Source: Takakia lepidozioides (taxonomy: Eukaryota; Plantae; Bryophyta). Taken from it: DNA of 64,000 nucleotides. The notes beneath the pieces are model-generated. The model ran no database searches, was not told the DNA's origin, and saw nothing but the letters and a program-made list of their open reading frames with translations. Positions 1-12,400 of this stretch are shown in pieces; within the stretch, counting starts at the first letter, position 1; each line of letters begins with the position of its first letter. The stretch lies in the NCBI GenBank assembly GCA_030704615.1, contig CM060733.1:6696001-6760000 (forward strand), read 5' to 3'. Both the position numbers and the translations under genes were made by a program.

Positions 1-92
1 TTGTTCATTGTTATAAAGATCGTCTTGATTCCTATTTACTCATCGTGCATTTGGCCACGCCGACCTTGACTTCTTGTCTAGCCTTGTACCTC
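1..92 (+). repeat. LTR fragment identical to 5607-5698, fused directly to gag
   Basis: The 92 bp match the 3' LTR exactly, then jump into gag (acaatggatcttc). LTR end, PBS and gag N-terminus are missing relative to copy B. Confidence 0.92.
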
Positions 93-3000
93 ACAATGGA
101 TCTTCAACCTTATGAGTCCCTACTACAACAAATCCTACTACAACGGTTCGTTCAAATCTTCAACAGACTACAAGGGAACCAAAGGTCAGCATACCCGAGA
201 AATTTGATGGGACGAGATCAAGATTTCGCGGTTTTGTTCAACAAGTACGATTGTTCCAACGACTACATCCACAACACTACTCTGATAAAAGTATTCAAGT
301 GGGATTCATGGGCACCCTTCTATCAGGCACTGCCCAATCTTGGTTTGCACCGCTATTAGAGAAAAATTCGCATTTACTATATAATTTTGAAGCGTTCATG
401 TCCGAGTTCACTGCAACGTTTGGAGAGAATGATAGAGAGAGAGTTGCAGAGACAAAGATGCGAAATCTTCGACAAGGAGCACGTCCAACTTCTGTTTATG
501 CTGCCGAATTTCGACAACTTGCGTGCGACCTTGACTGGAATGAGAAGAGCCTCATTAGTCAGTTTCGATGTGGTCTAAAAGATGATGTTAAAGATTTGTT
601 GTTGACAATGCCAAACGTGAGTACACTGAGCGAATTCATCACCCAAGTTATTGCATGCGATAATCGTTTGTTCGAAAGACGTCAAGAGAAGCGATCTGGA
701 TGGTCGACGACGCACCATGCCGCTGCTACTACGGCACCAAATACAACGATCCATCATACATCCGGTAATGATCCTATGCAAATTGATGCTGTCCGATTCA
801 AGCCATTGACACCACATGAAAAACAAAGACGACGTTCGAATGGATTATGCCTTTATTGCGGAGAAAATGATCACATGACATTAAATTGCCCCAACAAGAG
901 AAAATTCAAAGCTCGGGGCACCATTCAAGTGTTCGATACGAGGAGGTCGGAAACGAAGATGTCTTGTCACAGTAGGAACCATGCGGCTGGACACCCCAAA
1001 TTCCTCAAAAAAAAAAAGTCTCTTTCTACCTCCAGATTCTGTATCTTGTTTCACAGTTTCAGTAAATATCAGGATGCAAAATCGAGATATCTCCGTAGAA
1101 GCACTTTTGGACTCGGGCGCTTCAGCGTGTTTTATTGACAAAGACTTTGCGAAGCAAAACAATTTAACGCTCGTAAGAAATAAATTCTCGGCCCCTGTTG
1201 AAGTTATCGATGGACGACCGTTAGCATCAGGAAATGTTGACCATGAAACTCGACCCCTTGAAGTGAAGCTTAAAAATCAAGCATCACAGATTGTTTTCAA
1301 TGTCATCCAGTCTCCAACGAATCCTGTAATCCTTGGACTTCCCTGGTTTGTACTTCATAATCCTGACATCGATTGACAATCACGAAAAATTTCGGAAAGA
1401 CAAAAATGCAAAAGTACCAAAGGTATTCAACTCCTGTTTCTTGGAGCTAGAGCCTTCATGAAAGCTACAAAAAAAGAGGCGATATTTGCACTTTATGCAA
1501 CTCCGATCAAGACCACAACAGACAAAAGTACTTCAACATTACCCGCTCAATATCAAGATTTCAAAGATGTATTCGAGAAGAAAAATACAGATATATTGCC
1601 AGAACATCGACCTTATGACTGTGCAATTGAGTTACAAGAAGGAGCCCAACCACCATTCGGCCCAATCTATAACTTATCCCAGACGGAGTTGGCTGCATTA
1701 CGCGAATACATTGATGAAAATTTGTCAAAACACTTCATCCGACATTCCAAATCACCCGTGGGGGCGTCTATCTTGTTTGTGAAAAAAAAGGACGGATCAT
1801 TACGCATGTGTGTCGACTATCGCGGCCTCAACAAAGTCACAATCAAGAATCATTATCTGTTGCCGCTGATTTCTGGGCTAGACCAGCTGGGACGAACGAA
1901 AATTTTCACCAAAATCGACGTGAGATGAGCTTATAACCTTGTACGGATAAAAGAATGAGACGAATGGAAAACAGCTTTTCAAACAAGGTATGGACATTTT
2001 GAATACAGTGTTATGCCTTTCGGTCTTACAAATGCTCCAACAATTTTTCAACATATGATGAATGACATCTTTCAAGAATTTTTAGATGACTTTGTGGTCA
2101 TCTATTTGGACAACATTTTGATATTTTCATAGAACGAAGAATAACATGGCCGCCATGTACGCCTTATCCTTGATAAATTAAGAGAAAGAGGACTATATGC
2201 CAAGTTGGAGAAATGTCTTTTCCATCAATCTGAGGTCGAATTTCTGGGCTACATTATTTCCGACAAATGCGTCTTTATGGATCAGAAGAAAATACAAACC
2301 ATCATCGAGTGGATTAAACCAACTTCGGTCCAAGATGTACAATATTTTCTGGGTTTTGCAAATTTCTATAGAATCTTCATCAATGACTACTCCAAAATTG
2401 CTGCACCATTGACACGACTCACAGGGAATGACAAATTTGTATGGGACGAGAAGGCTGACCAAACATTTGAAAGGCTGAAGCAGACATTTACAACGGCTCC
2501 AATACTGGTACATGCAGACCCATCTAAACCATTCTTCTTAGAAGCAGATGCATCGGACTTTGCACTTGGCGCGGTACTCTCACAATACGGTACAGATGGC
2601 CGACTCTACCCTGTTGGTTTTCGTTCTCACAAATTTTCCGCTGCGGAGATCAATTATGAAATCCATGACAAAGAACTTCTAGCGATCATCGATGCTTTTG
2701 AGGAGTGGCGTCATCTATTGGAAGGAGCTAAACATCAGGTTACTGTCTATACCGATTACAAAAAACCTCGAATATTTTATGAGTGCTTGTGTTTTGAATC
2801 GACGTCAAGCGAGATGGAGTATGTTACTAACAAGGTTTGATTTTGTTATTACCTACCGTCCCGGACATCTTCAAGGAAAACCAGATGCTCTTTCTCGACG
2901 ATCGTATCTTGCGCCAAAGGAAGGGGATGGAGCTTTTGACCAACAGAAATCCATCATCTTGAAACCAGCAAATCTCCAATTGAATCTGTTATCCATGTCC

Positions 3001-4480
3001 ACCTATGACGATGCCGAGATCATAAAGGAGATCCAGGAAGCACTGAAAAGCGACCAATTCACTATGACACTACGAAGTCAACTAAATCGACCTCGAGACA
3101 ACCCACATGTTACAAACGACTTCGAGTTCAAAGATGACTTACTTTATTTCAAGGGACTTCTCTATGTATTCCCAAGACCTACACGACTTCGAATTCTTCA
3201 AACATGTAATGATCTTCCGGCTGCAGGACATTTCGGCTTCAACAAAACAATGGAATTGATATCCAGGGACTATTGGTGGCTGCAGATGTGGAAACTCGTG
3301 AAAGAATTTATAAAATCTTACAACACGTGTGCTAGAGCGAAGTGACCACGACATCGACCTTACGGCCTTTTTCAACCGTTACCCATTCCCAAGGGTCCAT
3401 GGTCGGCCGTATCTATGGACTTTATTACGGACCTTCCAATTTCCAAGATCACTAATTAAATCCTTGTTATTGTAGATCGTTTTTACGAAGATGACACATT
3501 TCATTCCATGTAATAAGACAATTACCGGCGAGGAAACTGCAAGACTCTTCCTCAATAATATCTACCGCATTCATGGACTCCCGAAGGACATCGTATCTGA
3601 TCGAGGACCACAGTTCATATCAAATTTCTGGAGGGGATTATTTCACATATTGGATACTAAAATCAACCTCTCTACAGTTAATCATCCATAGACTGATGGT
3701 CAAACCGAACGTGTAAACCAGATTTTGGTACAGTATCTTCGCTGTACGATAAATTGTCACCAAGATAATTGAACGGACCTTCTGTCATTGGCTGAGTTTG
3801 CCTACAACAATACTATACATTCTTCGACCCAACAAACTCCATTTTTCTCCAATTATGGTCATCATCCTCGAGCAAACCCTTTCCACATGAAGACTGTTGG
3901 AAGCCCTGCTGCAGAAAACCTTGCCACTCATCTTGCTATGATTCACAAAGAGCTTATATTCCACCTCGCAGAAGCTCAATACAAAGAGTATGCAGATCAA
4001 CATCGTCAACTCCAACCCCAGTTCAAGGTCGGAGATCGTGTGTGGCTTCTTCGACGGGACATACAAACCTCGCGACCATCAGAAGTTGGATTATCAACGC
4101 CTGGGCCCATTCAAAATTATTCGACAAATAAATCCGGTCAATTTTCGGCTTGAACTCCCACAAAGTATGCGCATCCATCCAGTCTTTCATGTTTTATTAT
4201 TGGAGTTGTATCATCCATCGAATATTCCAGGGAGAGTTTCTGTACCACCTCCACCAATCGAAGTCAATCAAGAAATTGAGTATGAAGTTAACGAAGTCCT
4301 AGACTCTCGCATCAAGTATAAACGTCTTGAGTATTTCGTACATTGGAAAGACTACGACATCAGCGAACGAACGTGGGAACCTTTCATCCAACCTCGCCAA
4401 TGCAGTCTGACAAAAGTCCAAGAGTTTTCAATGAACGATATCCAGCTAAGCCCCGAGCTACACGTCGTAAGAGACGTCAG
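93..4480 (+). pseudogene. gag-pol of copy A (fragmented)
   Basis: ORF fragments 251-1138, 981-1376, 1458-1928, 2205-2840, 2692-3345, 3491-3691, 3788-4153 and 3990-4535 are successive pieces of Gag-PR-RT-RH-IN-CHD. Confidence 0.95.
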
Positions 4481-4723
4481 CCAAGTTAGCTTCAAGGTGA
4501 AGACTCCGCATTCAGTGTACCTGATACACGCTTAAGGAGGGAGGAGCACCACACATCAGTATATATAGTTACACTTCCAGACTCTTGCATCTTGTATGGC
4601 AGTCATAGAGTCGCATGAACCAGATAATAGAGTTGTTGTCTTACCCAGCTATCAGATCAGCCGTTCCGACTCTTACGACCTTCAACATCACGCAGACGCT
4701 GCTCTCGAAACGATGGGCCACCA

Positions 4724-5119
4724 ATGCGACGCGTACTTCCTCGTCTAGACCCCGTACGACGGCAAGTACAGCCTACTCGAAGTCTGATAATTATACGCGT
4801 ACTTCCTCGTCTAGACCCCGTACGACGGCAAGTACAGCCTACTCGAAGTCTGATAATTATGTTAGAGGTTGAGGCTTCGGACCCAGAGGGCAACGAAATC
4901 ATGTTTGAAGGCAGTTTCGAAAATCAGAATGCTCAAATCACTGCGTGGTCCGAAGTTCAAGGTGTTGGACACTATCGATGGTTACAGGGACCTATAAATC
5001 ATTTGAGTCAAGAACGAAGAGTACGAATAATTGGCAAGTACCATTCGTCGGATTTGGATTTTCTCCAACTCTTAAGCCAAGTCCAAGATTTTACCGCTCC
5101 TCGAGGAACTCGACGCTAG
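4724..5119 (+). CDS. Extra ORF of unknown function between pol and PPT of the chromovirus
   Basis: 131 aa ORF ending at the PPT; core LEVEASDPEGNEIMFEG..NAQITAWS..YRWLQGPINHLS is conserved in copy B (30332-30628). Contains a perfect 66-bp tandem duplication (4729-4794/4795-4860). Confidence 0.5.
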   Translation: MRRVLPRLDPVRRQVQPTRSLIIIRVLPRLDPVRRQVQPTRSLIIMLEVEASDPEGNEIMFEGSFENQNAQITAWSEVQGVGHYRWLQGPINHLSQERRVRIIGKYHSSDLDFLQLLSQVQDFTAPRGTRR

Positions 5120-5131
5120 AGGAGGGGGTGA
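5118..5131 (+). other. Polypurine tract of copy A
   Basis: AGAGGAGGGGGTGA immediately before the TGTCA LTR start; the same sequence lies at 30670-30683 in copy B. Confidence 0.9.
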
Positions 5132-5744
5132 TGTCATGGACATAGCCCAGAAGAACTTACCAGGAGTAAATACCAGAAGTTACAAAGTTACCATGTTACG
5201 GAAAATTACCATGATTTATCGTGATTTACCACGATCTATCCTGATTTACCATTACTTACCAAATTATCAAGAGTAACTTGGGAAACTACTCATGAAGTTT
5301 CCTTTGGAAGAAACTTCTCCATCAAGATACCTCATTTGTTTAAGGAAGCTTCTCTATCAAGAAACATTTGTTTAATCTTGGAAACTTCTCCAGCAAGCAA
5401 CTTCCATATGGGAAGCTTCTTAGGGAAACTTCTTAGTAGCCCATATATATAGGAGACGAGACTGGACACTCTTCAGTCTCGCCAACACCAGTTCAAGCTA
5501 CTTTTGTTTCCAGTTCCCAGTACCCTAGCCCAGTTTCCAGTATCTGGTACTCCAGTCCAGTTTCCAGCATTCCAGTATTCAAGTCGTGTTCCAATATCTT
5601 GTACTCTTGTTCATTGTTATAAAGATCGTCTTGATTCCTATTTACTCATCGTGCATTTGGCCACGCCGACCTTGACTTCTTGTCTAGCCTTGTACCTCTA
5701 GTCTTATCTCTTGTTTGTGTTCAGTCATGTTCTCGTTCTTGACA
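5132..5744 (+). repeat. 3' LTR of copy A
   Basis: TGTCA...TGACA termini; homologous to 24920-25521, 30684-31326 and (minus) 33572-34249; TATA-like atatatat near 5443. Confidence 0.95.
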
Positions 5745-8700
5745 GCAGCAACATGAGGGCGAAAAACCCTCACATTCTGAGCGCGCAAGGCTGCTCTCAC
5801 TTGGCACACTCCCCAATTGACTTCATTTCGGTTTGTTGGCAGCAGCTCTTCTATCTTATGACACAATTCTTCGACTGTCAATAACATGCCAAATGCTTCA
5901 CTAGTAGCCCTGCTCATCAAGCTCTTTCACTGTCATACATCGCTCACGACAGAGCCTGGGCAATGTCTTTAAGCGTCATCCCATCTGCCAACATATTCTC
6001 CATATAAGAAACCATGTTATCTACTCTCCCAATATATATTGTCATACAATATATGTGTTTTACCAGTTCCAGCACCCCCACAAATTGGTGAATCGGGATA
6101 CAATTTTTTCCTATGCATAATATCATCAAAGATTAGTTTTTGTTCTTCATTTAATTGTCTAACTAAACTACGATATTAAGATTCGTCCATCATCATGGAA
6201 TAGTCGGATTTTGTGAAAATGTCATCCTCCGACGTTTGCGATTTTTTATTATTTAATCCAGTGGTTGATTGAATTACAAAATCGGATTGAAGATCATATT
6301 GTTCAATATTGATTGTGTTTGTAATTGGGATTGAAAACAGTAAATTATTCAACTCACAATCCATGTTGTCATTCCAGATATTAGTTGAATGCGATTCATG
6401 ATGTAGATTTTAAATCATCTACTTCCTCTATATTTGGAGTGTTTCGTGTTGAAAAACTCTTTTGTTACAACAAATGAGTTCAAAATATCAGTTCATATCC
6501 CTCCATATAGGTTCAAAAGCATTCAACTTTTTGAACAAAAACACTTTCAAACAAGAATTTTGTGTTAAAGAAATGATGCACCTATATTCAATCATCTACT
6601 TCCATATTGGAGTGTTTCAAAAGCATGGAGGGTTTCCCTGAACAAAATTCAACTTTCAGAACAGTGTTTCGTGTGAGAACTTTTTTGTCACGGGCAAAGA
6701 GTTCATATCCCTACATATTTTTGTTTTAAAAAATATGAAGTTTTTCGTTTAACACCAATTTGTCAGACTAGAGTGTTTCGTGGAGCCAATACACCTAGAG
6801 TTCGGCCGCCACCGGTTCTTTGTATTCTTGCAGAATGAATCATCAAGGAGTTCCTCTCGAAATTGGAATGAGATTCACCAGCCATCACGACCAGAAATCG
6901 TATGCAAGGTTGTGAGTGTTTCTATTTGTCCTCGGCTTCATTTAACAACATCTGAACCTACATCGGACATCAATTTTCAAGGAACCTCACAATTGCAACG
7001 TCAATACAATTTGTTACAACAAATCTGGATGCATGGATATATGTATATAGATATAGTATGTGGGATCATATTTGTAGGGTTGGTAATGTTAAATCCAAGG
7101 TTAGTACTATTCAAGAAAACAATATTCTAGAGATAATTAATGCGATTGTATAATTACTGTTGGTATAAAGTGTTATTGTTATTTTAGATGTATATATATA
7201 AAGAGAGATATTTTAGTGTAAATATTATTTATTAGGCAACCAACAAAATTTAATTTCATCTCACCAATTTTAATTTTTGTGAATATTTGTATTTATATAT
7301 ATTTAAGTTTAAAAGATAGAAATATTTATTTACTTAGTTTTCTTAATCCAAATTAATTTAGGTGAGTTTATATTCAACCAAGTAACATTCTTAGGAACGC
7401 AAAACTAACTACAAGAAGCACTGCGGGAAGAGGATTCGCACCCCCAACCATGGGGACAAAGTCTATGTTTATAACCAGTAAGTCCACAACAATCTCTTGA
7501 AAAATCTGGACTATTGAATTATTTATAGAGCTGCCACCAGGATCTGAAAATTAAAAAGAACACAATCAAAACGAATTACAAGGTTGCTGCTAGCGGGGGT
7601 TGAATCTCCGACAACAATGGTGCATGCTAAGTTACTAACCAGTATGTCCATGACAATTCATGACAATTCATGACAAAGGTTTGGCTATCTAATTATTTAT
7701 AGAGGTACAAAGGGATCTAACTAGTCCAGAGGCAGGACATTTTCTCTTATTCTTGGCTTCCTTCCACCAACAATCTGGCTCTGGCAGTGTCCAACAGCTT
7801 TTCTGTAACTTAGTCTGAGTAGCAAGTCTTTCGTAGAGAAACTCTAGACTTTCCGGGTTTCAATTCACTCACTCGATCTCACATGCCAACATTGATCTTA
7901 TGGTCAGAGTAGCACCTTCTACCCTGGATTCTTTCTCCATCTTTTACTTGAACATTATGCTGCAGTTTGAATTTAATTAACAGCTGTAGGCTCAGTCATG
8001 ATTACTACACCAATTGAAACTTATACTTATTGCCTGAGGACCACCCAACGTTAATCAGAGATTCTGGAATAGAGAATAAGATCCCAATTTACTTCATCAA
8101 TTGGTCGACACTTCTCTCCATGAAAGACTATCTGCATATAGAGAAAAGGGGCAGAGAAAGAAGAGCATTATATATAGAAATGGGATACAACTTGTTAGCA
8201 CCCAGTCTTCAAGTAATCACTGAATTGCAGTGCCATGGTCCTGCCCGTCTCACGTGGGGTTTTAGGGCCACCACTTTCTGCAACTATTCCAATCACACAA
8301 CATCGAATAGCTGCACCTTTGCCATGCAAATACGCTCTATATTAGCACATCCAGAATGTGATTATGAAGAGAAAACATTCTTCCCTTTGTTCAGCTTGTC
8401 CGATTTTGGCAAGACATCCCCCATCTAGCCACAGTCTCTGAAGTTTCTGTCCATCACCCACTATACTACACGTCGCTGTGCAATATGTACACCTTCCAAA
8501 CTCACAGCATCATGAACAGAGGATCTGCAGTGATGGTCAGTAGCCCTTGTTTCCTCGAATTCGCTTCGTCATATCCACCTGTCCCACAATCGCCCTGAAA
8601 TTTCTCTGAGAAAGATTCTGCTCATAACACCTTCAATTGTTGGTCTCTGATGAGAGGTGAAATGAGTTCTCTTTCATTGTCAAGGAATTCAATGCAATGC

Positions 8701-9263
8701 AACTCGTAGCAGCAGCTATTATGTTAACCAAATACTCCTCGTTTCGTAAGAGACATTTTACGAGATCCAACAAACGGAAGGAAAACAGATGCTTAGTAAA
8801 AACGACGCCTTTGTTGTTTGGCGAGAGAGGCAGTGCTCTCGTACGCGAGACACCTAGAAAATACGCGATTTAGAATACATGGTCGACGGATGAAAACTGC
8901 CTTATGTAAACCCAGGGTTAAAGGGGTCAAAGAATATTCATCTGGAATATTTCTTGGGTGTCTTCATATCCCATCCCAGGGTAAAGAATCTTTCCCTGGG
9001 TCCAGGGAATATTTACCCAGGGCTAGCGAATCTTTCCTAGGCTTTCTAAGCCCGGGCCACTGCAACCCCCGGACAGCAGGAAAGGACGGGCAGCAGCAGA
9101 AATTTGTTCCCAATGAGTTCCCTGTATGGACTGGGGTCAGGACGTCCAGTCCCATGCCCAGACCTGGCTTGGTCCATGGTCTAGACCCCGGGCAGCGCCC
9201 CAGGCCAGCCCAAAACTCTCATTTTTATGGCGTCCCGCAACACGGCCTTTTTGCTATTCCCTA

Positions 9264-9412
9264 GGCGGGTCCGGGTCTGGTTCCGGGTTCATTTTAGAAA
9301 TGGACCCGGGTCAGGGTCCAGGTTTTTTGTGATAGCACGGGTGCGGGTGCTGGTAACCCGGATCCTAACCCGCCGGATACCCGCCTTCAAAACCCGGACC
9401 CGCACAACACTG
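9264..9412. mobile_element. Probable end of a non-autonomous hAT-like DNA transposon
   Basis: Dense ACCCGG/CCGGGT subterminal motifs in both orientations, ending in CACAACACTG (rc CAGTGTTGTG, hAT-like TIR). Partner end not found. Confidence 0.4.
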
Positions 9413-9489
9413 ATTTGGACCCTTGATTTAAATTGTTCCAGCCTGACTTCGACCAGAATAAATATCCGGAAAAGAGGAAGAAAATACTG

Positions 9490-12400
9490 TGAGGAGACGA
9501 AAGTTAACCATTAGTCGTTGAAGCAGTGGGCCTAATTTACAGAGAATGTTCTTCACATGATGCCCTTCATCCACTGCAGATTCATGTTCCATCCACTGTC
9601 TGTCAGGAGGAGCATTCATGTTCCTTTTCACATTGGCAGTCTCTGTCCAGTCACTTTGTCAGTGGTGGGTCTCACTGTACATCCAGGTGTGCCTTCCCCT
9701 GTCCTGTCCTCCCTTGCTCGTGTAGCTGTGTAGATTCCAGGGCAAAGGACTACGGATATGTGACCCTCGCCTTGGTGTACTCAACCTTAAAACCTCCGAG
9801 AAATCAAAGATGGACATTGTGCTCGTAAGACGTTGTCATTGACCCGGGGCCCAGCATGAGCGTAACACAAAGGGGCAGAAACTACCTTTGTCAGAGGCTG
9901 ACGCCAGTAGTATGACTTACCTTGAGACATGCAATTGATCTGAGTTTTCCAGATATCCTATAGAAATCCCTTCCCACAAACGTCAATCTGTTGTGTGTGA
10001 TTTGCCAATAACTAGAGAGTAACATAGAGAGTAACATATATAGGAAACCTGGGGTTACTCCACTGGTACTGACTCGTGACTAACATATCTATTTGGTGGG
10101 TTGAAAGTCTATTCCTAATGGAAACAGAACAGAAAGTGTATACCCAAGCCACAATGCAGAATGTATCTCATAGCAATCAAAGTCAGAAATAGCTGTCCAG
10201 CTGAGTTGGGGGATGGAGAGGCGTATATCTTCAGACTTTGTGCCATAGACATGGAAATGTATGGACCACAACGACCTGAAAGCCATCTGCTGTCAGAGCC
10301 ACATGGGGGAAAGGTGGGGAGGTCGAAAAATATACAAGAGCTAATCAGTTTTGGTAAGGCAGTACCAATGATGCTCGACCATTGGAACTTCTGAAGGAAG
10401 GAGTTGTCAAGCATTGCGCTAAGTCATTGTCGCCTTGATACATTACCGCCTTCAGATTCCAGCCCCATTGCCGTAACGCCTGCAATTTGTACAGTCGATG
10501 AGGGTACATGTGCTGATAAGGGAAGGTGTGAGTCACTGGAGGTTTGAGTAGGACTGTCTCATTTCCATATTTCCAAGCTCGAAACAGCAAAGTTTGAGTA
10601 GGACTGTCTCATTTCCATATTTCCAAGCTCGACAGCAAAGAAGTGCTCAGCTTGCATGAAACTGAGTTGGTTCCACAATGTACTGCAGCACTTTCAGAGC
10701 ATACATTAGCTGCCTCAGACTACAGAACCTTCTATGGAAACCTTACAGGTTTTCCACAACTTGATTTATAGGATGCTAGGAAATGCTGCGGTCAGAAACA
10801 CAAGAGAAACTGTAAGCATCAAATTGTTATATAGAGACCTTGAAGTTCATCTGATTTTGGCTTTGTGTTGTTTGGGCATTATCTTCTCCACAGCCTTGCC
10901 AAGCTCTGACAAATGTCGGCATCCCTAGCAGAGACTTAGTTGAGAGATACAAGAGGGAAGCACATGTCACAAGTGGAGGCTAAGTAGGGAGGCATGACAC
11001 ACCTGATCCCATCCAGAAAAGGTACTCTTGGGGACAATCACCAAAACTGGCTTATTACTGGGCCTGTCATTTTTGAGACACATCATGAAACTTACAGCTT
11101 GGACAGTCTTGCCCAACCCCATCTCATCTGTTGCACCTTCATTTCGGTACTCCAGAATTAGTAACAGCAAGCAGAAGCCAGTAACATCCATGAATGGTCC
11201 TCACACACACAAGGGTAAAGGTTAATGTGAGAGCTGTTTGATGCTCAATTGCTTGAAAAGAAATATTTCACAGCTTATCATGTATTCTTCTCGTCCTATC
11301 AACATATGCAACCCCACAAAATGATTGTTCAATTTGAATCCTATCATTATTCATATTCTTCCCCAAAGGAACAGAGAGATACGTAGAAAGTTTATTGCCA
11401 CAGTAAAACCACCTACTAATAGCCAAATTACTGGAGACCTCACCCAAACCTGTACAGGCTCCAGCCACGAACTTGATGAGACTGAAACAGCTCTTTGACC
11501 ATTGCCGTTAAGTGTGGACACCACTGCACTCTTGGCTGCTCATCACACCATTCAGATAAGTGGGCTGCTGCGTTAGTGTGGACACCACTGCACTCTTGGC
11601 TGCTCATCACACAAACTTTTTTGGGCCATCAAACTCCGCTGAACCAAACTCTTAATGCATCTTGCATGTCCTGGTCATCACTTGTCTTCTCCCAAGTGTC
11701 ACCATTGTAATCTATGTTGGTCCATTTCACAAGGTATTCTACTTAAAAAGGGGACCTAAAGTCAAACACAGGATGCACGGAGCCAATTTGTGATTCTAAG
11801 GAGATTAATGCTCCTCCTCTCCATCTCCTGTCCAAACACCGTATCCATTTCTACGTGCGCTTTGACTAGGCATGTGTCACTGTTTGCAAACGGAAATTCT
11901 GGGTTCAATAGCATAACCTGTGTATGAACCCCACAACCACCCCTCTGGAAAGGTTTTGTACCCTGGATGGTCTATGCAAGGGTATGTTATACGAAACATC
12001 AACGGAAAAGCCAATATGAGTACATTAGGTCTTGTACCTCCCCCCATATCAGAGTGCATGGACAAGATTGACGAAAAGCTTAGTTCGGGAACAAAGATGG
12101 TGCTACTCAAACCGCCACAATTATCTTCTTTTGAACTTCTTCACAGCTTTCAATGGAAAGCCAAGTATACTGGGCCATAACTTGTTGGGCACTAGGCTGA
12201 ACTTAACCTAAAATCGGGCTGCAGATCTAAGTGGCGAGATAAACCAGCTTCGAAGGGTTTTAAGTGAGCAAGCTGAAGCCGGACATGGATGTCCTTTATG
12301 AGCTTTCTTTCAACGAAATGGACCTTCCCATACTGGGCACTAGACTAAATTTCCACCTTGCCAATCTCTTTACTACCTAGCTTGGAATGGAATCCATGTA

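Larger units (their letters stand above)
1..5744 (+). mobile_element. Ty3/Gypsy chromovirus (Tcn1-like) LTR retrotransposon, copy A, defective
   Basis: Gag with zinc knuckle (CLYCGENDHMTLNC), protease LLDSGAS, RT ([11 protein letters not shown]; YLDD degraded to YLDN), RNase H ([24 protein letters not shown]), integrase (SDRGPQF, GPF motif) and chromodomain (EYEVNEVLDSR..YFVHWKDY). Gypsy domain order, PPT and 3' LTR present. Many stops and frameshifts. Confidence 0.97.

Noticed and set aside
7420-7500. Functional tRNA gene
   Set aside because: No convincing cloverleaf or anticodon arm could be built; kept only as a low-interest relic.
8030-8700. Downstream helicase exons of the CHD-like gene
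   Set aside because: No SNF2/helicase C motifs recognised in the frames examined.
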